Shown one piece after another: positions 58,676 to 64,000 of a stretch of 64,000 bases of DNA. Below the pieces are notes generated by a model. That model had not been told where the DNA came from and ran no database searches. It saw nothing but the letters and a program-made list of their open reading frames with translations. Numbering within the stretch: the first letter of the stretch is position 1; each line of letters opens with the position of its first letter. The stretch spans positions 52,602 through 116,601 of the forward strand of contig JBEBYG010000006.1 of NCBI GenBank assembly GCA_040391235.1, read 5' to 3'. This stretch comes from Cryomorpha ignava (GTDB lineage Bacteria > Bacteroidota > Bacteroidia > Flavobacteriales_F > PHOS-HE28). The translations under genes and the position numbers were made by a program.

Positions 58676-59733
58676 TACCGTTTGGTGTACTGCTCGTCGT
58701 AGTATTCGCGGTAGGCGCCAGAAGTGACGTCCCGCAACCACTGGTCATTCGCAAGGTACCAATCCACGGTCTGTTCCAAGCCTTGTTCGAAGGTGATGCT
58801 CGGCTTCCAACCCAGCTCGCGGTCGATCTTGGCGGCATCGATCGCATAGCGCAGATCGTGCCCGGCACGGTCCGTCACGTACGTGATCTGTTTGGCGCTT
58901 TCACCTTCGGCGCGACCCAGTTTTTTGTCCATGATGGAGCATAACACGTGGACCAGGTCAATGTTCTTCCACTCGTTGTGCCCGCCGATGTTGTAGGTCT
59001 CGCTATTCTTCCCTTCGTGGAACACCACATCGATGGCGCGCGCATGGTCCTCCACCCACAGCCAATCACGCACGTTCTCGCCTTTTCCATACACGGGCAA
59101 GGGCTTGCCTTCGCGCAGGTTGTGGATCATCAGCGGGATCAACTTCTCGGGGAATTGATGGCTACCGTAGTTGTTGCTGCAGTTACTGATCACGAAGGGC
59201 AGCTTGTACGTGTTCCCGTATGCGCGAACGAAGTGGTCGCTGGACGCCTTGCTGGCACTGTAAGGGCTTTGCGGATCGTAGTGTGTTTCCTCGGTGAAAA
59301 AGCCGCCATCATGCAAGGAACCATAGACCTCGTCGGTGCTTACATGGTAGAAACGCTTTCCTTCAAACTTCCCTTTCCAAGCTTCCTTGGCCACGTTCAA
59401 CAGGTTCACGGTACCGATCACGTTGGTCTGGACGAAGGCCATCGGGTCGCTGATGCTGCGGTCCACGTGGCTTTCCGCGGCCAAATGGATCACGCTATCG
59501 AAGGCATGCTCGGCAAATAGCTTTTGAATGACATCCGCATCGCAGATGTCCGCCTTGATGAAGCTGTAGTTGGGGGCGTGCTCCACATCGCGCAGGTTAT
59601 CCAAGTTCCCTGCATAGGTGAGCGCATCGAGGTTCACGATGCGATAATGTGGGTACTTGTTCACGAACAACCGGATCAGATGGCTGCCGATAAAGCCGGC
59701 GCCGCCGGTGATGAGGATCGTTCTGGGCTGCAT
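58675..59733 (-). CDS. rfbB: dTDP-glucose 4,6-dehydratase
   Basis: Motifs ILITGGAGFIGS and YSASKASSD. The start is at the internal MQPRT. The upstream 41 codons are unsupported. Confidence 0.85.
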   Translation of the reverse strand: MQPRTILITGGAGFIGSHLIRLFVNKYPHYRIVNLDALTYAGNLDNLRDVEHAPNYSFIKADICDADVIQKLFAEHAFDSVIHLAAESHVDRSISDPMAFVQTNVIGTVNLLNVAKEAWKGKFEGKRFYHVSTDEVYGSLHDGGFFTEETHYDPQSPYSASKASSDHFVRAYGNTYKLPFVISNCSNNYGSHQFPEKLIPLMIHNLREGKPLPVYGKGENVRDWLWVEDHARAIDVVFHEGKNSETYNIGGHNEWKNIDLVHVLCSIMDKKLGRAEGESAKQITYVTDRAGHDLRYAIDAAKIDRELGWKPSITFEQGLEQTVDWYLANDQWLRDVTSGAYREYYDEQYTKR

Positions 59734-59859
59734 GTTGTCCTTGGGTGATCGTTCTGGCTTGGGTCGGCTGTCCGCTTCCTCCGGAGCACGGAAAACGAAT
59801 GTGCGTTCATTCGGCCGTTGCTTGTCATCCTGCGGAACAGGAGCCTCCATGGCCATGGC

Positions 59860-61158
59860 TCAAAGGCTCCAGTAGTTCAGGTCCTTGACGCTCTTCCGGT
59901 AGGTGCCCTTTAGATCCACTAAGATACCCGTCGGCTTCAGCTGGCCACGGAACCATTGTTCATCGTAGTCGGCATATTCCGCATGGTTCACAGCTACGAT
60001 GATGGCATCATATGGACCGTTGAACGTGGGGGCGAGCTCATATCCGTATTCTTCCTTCACATGGTCGCTGTCCGCGTGTGGGTCGCTCACATCCACGTGT
60101 ACACTGAAGCTCTTCAGCTCCTTCACCACATCGGCCACCTTGCTGTTGCGGATGTCGCTCACGTTCTCCTTGAAGGTGGCACCCATAACAAGCACGCGGG
60201 CGTCCGTAGGGTTGGTGCCTGTGGCGATGATCTTCTTCACCGTTTGCTTGGCCACATAGCCGCCCATGCTATCGTTCACGAAGCGGCCGCTGTCGATGAT
60301 CTGTGCGTGGTAGCCCAGTTCCTTCGCCTTGAAGACGAGGTAGTAGGGATCCACGCCGATGCAGTGCCCACCTACCAGGCCGGGCTGGAATTTGAGGAAA
60401 TTCCACTTCGTTCCTGCAGCCTCCAGTACATCGAAGGTGTTGATGCCCATCCGGTTGAAAATGATGGACAGCTCGTTGGTGAGCGCGATGTTGACGTCGC
60501 GCTGGGTGTTCTCGATGATCTTGGCGGCCTCGGCCACCTTGATGCTGGAGGCCCGATGTACACCGGCATCCACCACCATTTCGTACACTTTGGCAACGGT
60601 CTCCGCGCTCTCCGCATCGCAACCACTGGTCACCTTCACAATGCTCTGCAACGTGTGCACCTTGTCTCCTGGATTGATGCGCTCCGGGGAATAGCCCACC
60701 TTGAAATCAGAGATATAACTAAGCCCGCTCAGTTCCTCCAGAACCGGTACGCAATCCTCTTCCGTACAGCCGGGATATACCGTGCTTTCGAACACGACAT
60801 GGTCGCCCTTCTTCAGCACTTTGCCCACTGTGCGCGTGGCTGATAGGAGCGGGGTGAGATCCGGAATGTTCTGCTGGTCTATCGGCGTGGGCACGGCCAC
60901 AATGAAGAATTCCACGTCCTTCAGGTCCTCGATATCAGCGGTGAAGTAGATGTCGGCGCCCTCGAACGCTTCCTTCGATAGCTCCTCGCTGGGGTCCTCG
61001 CCCCGGCGCATCATCTCCACGCGTTTGGCATTGATATCGAAGCCTACCACCTTGATCTTCCGTGCGAACGCCAAGGCGATGGGCAAGCCCACATAGCCCA
61101 GCCCGATCACGGCCATCTTGGCCTCCTTACGCTTCAGTCGCTCATACAGGTCGCTCAT
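59860..61158 (-). CDS. Nucleotide-sugar dehydrogenase (UDP-GlcNAc/UDP-ManNAc 6-dehydrogenase, WbpA/TviB/WecC-like)
   Basis: AVIGLGYVGLP Rossmann motif and catalytic GGHCIGVDPYY. The start is at M9 of the ORF. M23 (61116) is the alternative. Confidence 0.8.
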   Translation of the reverse strand: MSDLYERLKRKEAKMAVIGLGYVGLPIALAFARKIKVVGFDINAKRVEMMRRGEDPSEELSKEAFEGADIYFTADIEDLKDVEFFIVAVPTPIDQQNIPDLTPLLSATRTVGKVLKKGDHVVFESTVYPGCTEEDCVPVLEELSGLSYISDFKVGYSPERINPGDKVHTLQSIVKVTSGCDAESAETVAKVYEMVVDAGVHRASSIKVAEAAKIIENTQRDVNIALTNELSIIFNRMGINTFDVLEAAGTKWNFLKFQPGLVGGHCIGVDPYYLVFKAKELGYHAQIIDSGRFVNDSMGGYVAKQTVKKIIATGTNPTDARVLVMGATFKENVSDIRNSKVADVVKELKSFSVHVDVSDPHADSDHVKEEYGYELAPTFNGPYDAIIVAVNHAEYADYDEQWFRGQLKPTGILVDLKGTYRKSVKDLNYWSL

Positions 61159-62176
61159 CCCTCTTCTGGTAAATACGTTCAATGATGTCGATCACCTTCA
61201 TGCCTTCAAGGGCATTGGTGGTCATGGATTTTCGGGTCTTCAAAGTGTCCACCACGTTCTCAATGATGTAGTGGTGATTGCTTGCGCTGCCTTTGTAGGC
61301 ACCGTAGTCGTTGGCTGGATTGGTGGGTGCAAGCACGGGCATGGTGTAATCCTGCACATGGCACACTTCCACTTGGTCCATGTATTGGCCACCTACCTTG
61401 ATGCTGCCCTTGCTGCCGATCACGGTGATGCTGCTCTCGAGATTCTTGTCCCACACGCTGGTGGAATAATTCAGGCAACCCAAGCCACCGTTCAGGAAAC
61501 GGAAGCTCACCAAGCCACTGTCCTCAAAGGTGGTGAGGTCCTTGTGGTTGAAATCGGCGAAGCGTCCTTGGATGTCGGTGATGTCGCCGAAGAGCCAGTA
61601 CATGATGTCCACAAAGTGGCTGAACTGGGTGAAGAGCGTACCTCCATCCAGATCGGCGGTGCCTTTCCAGCCATCCTTCTTGTAGTAGCGCTCATCGCGG
61701 TTCCAGTAGCAGTTCACCTGCACCAGAAAGATGTCACCGAGGCGCTTTTCCTCCACCATTTCCTTCATCCATTCGCTGGGGGGACTGTAGCGGTTCTGCA
61801 TCACACCGAACACATGCCGGTGCTTCTGGAGGGCCTTGGAGAGCACGGCTTCGCAACTGGCCTTGGTGAGACCCATTGGCTTCTCGCACACCACGTGCTT
61901 GCCATGGTCGAGCGCGAGGAGGCTCAAGGACGCATGGAGTCCGTTCGGCGTACAGATGTTCACCACATCAATATCCGGCACCGCTTCCAACATGGCCGCA
62001 GCGTCGGTGAAGTAGGGCACATCAAAGGCATCGAGTCCGAGGGCTTCCTTGGGCTTGATGTCGCACAGCGCCACCAGCTGGCTTTCCGGATTGCGCGAGA
62101 TCATTTCCGCATGCCGTTTGCCGATGTGGCCACAACCCACCACGGCGAATTTTATCTTCTTCTCTTCGGAGCTCAT
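61142..62176 (-). CDS. Gfo/Idh/MocA-family oxidoreductase (WbpB-like UDP-sugar 3-dehydrogenase)
   Basis: KFAVVGCGHIGKRH N-terminal Rossmann motif. 344 aa. Confidence 0.75.
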   Translation of the reverse strand: MSSEEKKIKFAVVGCGHIGKRHAEMISRNPESQLVALCDIKPKEALGLDAFDVPYFTDAAAMLEAVPDIDVVNICTPNGLHASLSLLALDHGKHVVCEKPMGLTKASCEAVLSKALQKHRHVFGVMQNRYSPPSEWMKEMVEEKRLGDIFLVQVNCYWNRDERYYKKDGWKGTADLDGGTLFTQFSHFVDIMYWLFGDITDIQGRFADFNHKDLTTFEDSGLVSFRFLNGGLGCLNYSTSVWDKNLESSITVIGSKGSIKVGGQYMDQVEVCHVQDYTMPVLAPTNPANDYGAYKGSASNHHYIIENVVDTLKTRKSMTTNALEGMKVIDIIERIYQKRDERPV

Positions 62177-62745
62177 GAGCTTCTTCGGACTAGATCGTCT
62201 TTCAGGGTGTAGCGTTGGCCACTTTCCGGGCAGCTGGCCTCGCCGTTCGCATCGAAATTCAACTTGTGACCATGCTCGCTCATCCAGCCCGTGCGGCGAG
62301 CGGGGTTTCCCATCACCAAAGCGTGATCAGGAACCTCCTTGGTCACCACGGCACCAGCGGCGATAAAGGCGTAGCGACCGATGTCGTGCCCGCAAACGAT
62401 GGTGGCATTGGCACCGATGGTTGCGCCTTTCTTCACCAAGGTGCGCAGGTACTCCCCGCGCCGATTCACCGCGCTGCGCGGATTGATCACGTTGGTGAAC
62501 ACGCAGGAAGGCCCGAGGAATACATCGTCCTCGCACTCCACACCGGTATAGATGCTCACGTTGTTCTGCACCTTCACGTTATCGCCCAGTTTTACATCCG
62601 GGCTCACCACCACGTTCTGCCCGAGGTTGCAACCCTTGCCGATCACGGCACCGGGCATGATATGGCTGAAGTGCCAGATACGCGTGCCCGCACCGATTGT
62701 GCAGCCTTCGTCGATAACGGCGGTAGGGTGGGCGGTGTATTCCAT
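62173..62745 (-). CDS. Hexapeptide-repeat N-acetyltransferase (WbpD-like)
   Basis: Left-handed beta-helix hexapeptide repeats ([LIV]G..xx[LIV]) throughout. 4-nt overlap with the upstream oxidoreductase gene. Confidence 0.75.
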   Translation of the reverse strand: MEYTAHPTAVIDEGCTIGAGTRIWHFSHIMPGAVIGKGCNLGQNVVVSPDVKLGDNVKVQNNVSIYTGVECEDDVFLGPSCVFTNVINPRSAVNRRGEYLRTLVKKGATIGANATIVCGHDIGRYAFIAAGAVVTKEVPDHALVMGNPARRTGWMSEHGHKLNFDANGEASCPESGQRYTLKDDLVRRSS

Positions 62746-62944
62746 GGAGGGAGTGATGGCAGGAGCTCGGCCTGCCGAACAGAGCGGCTTTAAGGGCTGC
62801 GAAGGTATCTCAGAGCGTGGGGAACCAACAAGCGTTGAGTATCCGATGACCAGGTTCCTATCTTAGCCATATTGCTTGGCAGGAAGAATGGCACTGGTCA
62901 AGCACAATTGCTATGATCATTCAGGAGCATAAAAACGTTTGGTA

Positions 62945-64000
62945 ATGATAAAACTACGATTACTTGGTTTCCTCGTCTCAAGCCTTTTTGTGGTAACACT
63001 TGTTGATGCACAACAGGTCAATTTGGGCTTGTACGAAACAGCCGTTCCGGATTCCTTTGAGGTGCGTGCATTCTCTACAGGTGCTGACATTGAAGGATTC
63101 ATCAGCTCACTGACGCTTTCCATCCGCTGGGAAAGTGCGGCCGGCGGGGTGATGAGTGCCACCGATATCGAGGATGCCTGCGCCGGCAGCCCGATTCTAA
63201 GCACGGGCGGTGTACACGATCTGTTGGGCTGGCGTTACGCAACCCTCAATGTGTTCCAGTTACGCCCGCTCGGAGAGGATTGCGGGATCACCTCGTCCGG
63301 TACGGTATTGTTCGGCTTCCGCATCCGGGAGCTGGGAGGTTGCCGTAATGTGCTACTTGTTGGGAACGCCTTCACCGGCCTGAACAACTTGGATTATTAC
63401 CTGTCCGTGAACGGGTTTGATGTGACCGGAGAGATCCTAACCGCTCCGATCTCATCCGGGGACTGCCCGCCCTGTGAACCACCGGTGATCACGGATGCAG
63501 GCGCGGGCCCGGTGCCTTATTGCGGCTTCGGCGTAAACCTCTGGGTGGAGGCTTCGGGCACCTTGCCGGATCTGTCCTGGTACCGCCCCAATGGTTCGCT
63601 ATTGTCTTGGCAACCGCAGGTGTACTCACCTACAGGTCCGGCGGGCCTGTACACAGTGGTGGCTTCCAACGCCTGCGGTGCGGATACGGCGCAGGTGGAA
63701 GCGCTGGTGGATACCGGCCTCTGCGTACCTCCCGCAATCGACAGCGTATGGTTCCATCCTGGTGTTGGCGGTGGGCAGGGCGCTTTTCCACGCATACAGT
63801 TGTATGCATCGGCAACGGGGAACTGCCTCAGCTATATGTGGACGATGCCCTGGGGCGAGGTACTGCCGATGAACCCGGAAATAGGGTTGACCGTGGGTAA
63901 TCCCACCGAAGGAAACTATACGCTGGTGACCTCCAACGCCTGCGGAAGTGATACGCTGGTGCTCTTCGTGGAACCACCGGATCCTTGCGTAGGACCGGTG
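62945..64000 (+). CDS. Secreted protein with SprB/Ig-like Cys-pair repeats (adhesin-like), 3'-truncated at the window end. It is not in the ORF track because it has no stop within the window.
   Basis: ATG at 62945 preceded by an in-frame TAA. Signal peptide MIKLRLLGFLVSSLFVVTLVDAQ. The frame is open to nt 64000. Repeats VVASNACGADTAQV and VTSNACGSDTLVL resemble those in the gene at 1–1580. Confidence 0.65.
   Translation, partial: MIKLRLLGFLVSSLFVVTLVDAQQVNLGLYETAVPDSFEVRAFSTGADIEGFISSLTLSIRWESAAGGVMSATDIEDACAGSPILSTGGVHDLLGWRYATLNVFQLRPLGEDCGITSSGTVLFGFRIRELGGCRNVLLVGNAFTGLNNLDYYLSVNGFDVTGEILTAPISSGDCPPCEPPVITDAGAGPVPYCGFGVNLWVEASGTLPDLSWYRPNGSLLSWQPQVYSPTGPAGLYTVVASNACGADTAQVEALVDTGLCVPPAIDSVWFHPGVGGGQGAFPRIQLYASATGNCLSYMWTMPWGEVLPMNPEIGLTVGNPTEGNYTLVTSNACGSDTLVLFVEPPDPCVGPV

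Noticed and set aside
62917-63204. 95-aa minus-strand ORF
   Set aside because: It lies entirely inside the better-supported plus-strand secreted repeat-protein gene (signal peptide, repeats shared with the gene at 1–1580).
1-64000. CRISPR arrays, rRNA genes, IS elements
   Set aside because: No regularly spaced short repeats, no rRNA-like conserved blocks and no transposase-like ORFs were seen. The only sizeable repeat is the duplicated 3' end of the tandem paralogs.

Overview
This is a 64-kb window from a high-GC (about 58–60%) Bacteroidota-type chromosome. The lineage call rests on three things seen in the sequence. Several genes end in T9SS C-terminal sorting domains. Two carry the 'gliding-motility-associated' type-B domain and three carry the type-A domain. 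There is a CorC/HlyC gene that looks like GldE, and a TonB-dependent receptor with a carboxypeptidase-regulatory N-terminus. Gene density is high, with many 4-nt start/stop overlaps. Most of the content is core housekeeping (gene order for each run below is listed by increasing coordinate). One run is gpmI plus a sensor histidine kinase, followed by tRNA-Phe and coaX. An lptC neighbourhood follows: OMP, lptC, a CNNM/GldE-like gene, and a PpiD-like chaperone. A cell-shape cluster on the minus strand reads rodA–mrdA–mreD–mreC–mreB–purH. Further on are mfd, fbp, aspartate kinase and mgtE, then an rsmA–DUF4286–TPR–lipoprotein–serS operon and queD/folE, fabD. The window ends with a nucleotide-sugar cluster (cpsB-like phosphatase, rfbB, a UDP-sugar dehydrogenase, a WbpB-like oxidoreductase, a WbpD-like acetyltransferase) and a 3'-truncated adhesin-like gene. 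I found no CRISPR array, transposase, integrase or rRNA. Seven things stand out. (1) A perfect 30-bp palindrome sits in the divergent promoter region between the HK–gpmI operon and an HD-domain gene. (2) Two tandem T9SS-cargo paralogs have divergent bodies but nearly identical 3' ends of about 310 bp. (3) A lower-GC islet lies between mfd and a BNR/Ycf48-like T9SS cargo gene. It encodes small secreted proteins, one with YD-repeat-like motifs, and one gene in it is translationally coupled to mfd. (4) A TonB-dependent receptor and a downstream lipoprotein are separated by a strong hairpin. (5) Two adjacent type-B-CTD proteins have no PorP/SprF partner nearby. (6) A 390-bp non-coding gap lies between two converging genes. 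(7) Smaller candidate regulatory repeats occur upstream of other genes. I saw no complete, obviously novel multi-gene defence or secretion system. All family assignments come from motifs I recognise in the translations, not from database searches.
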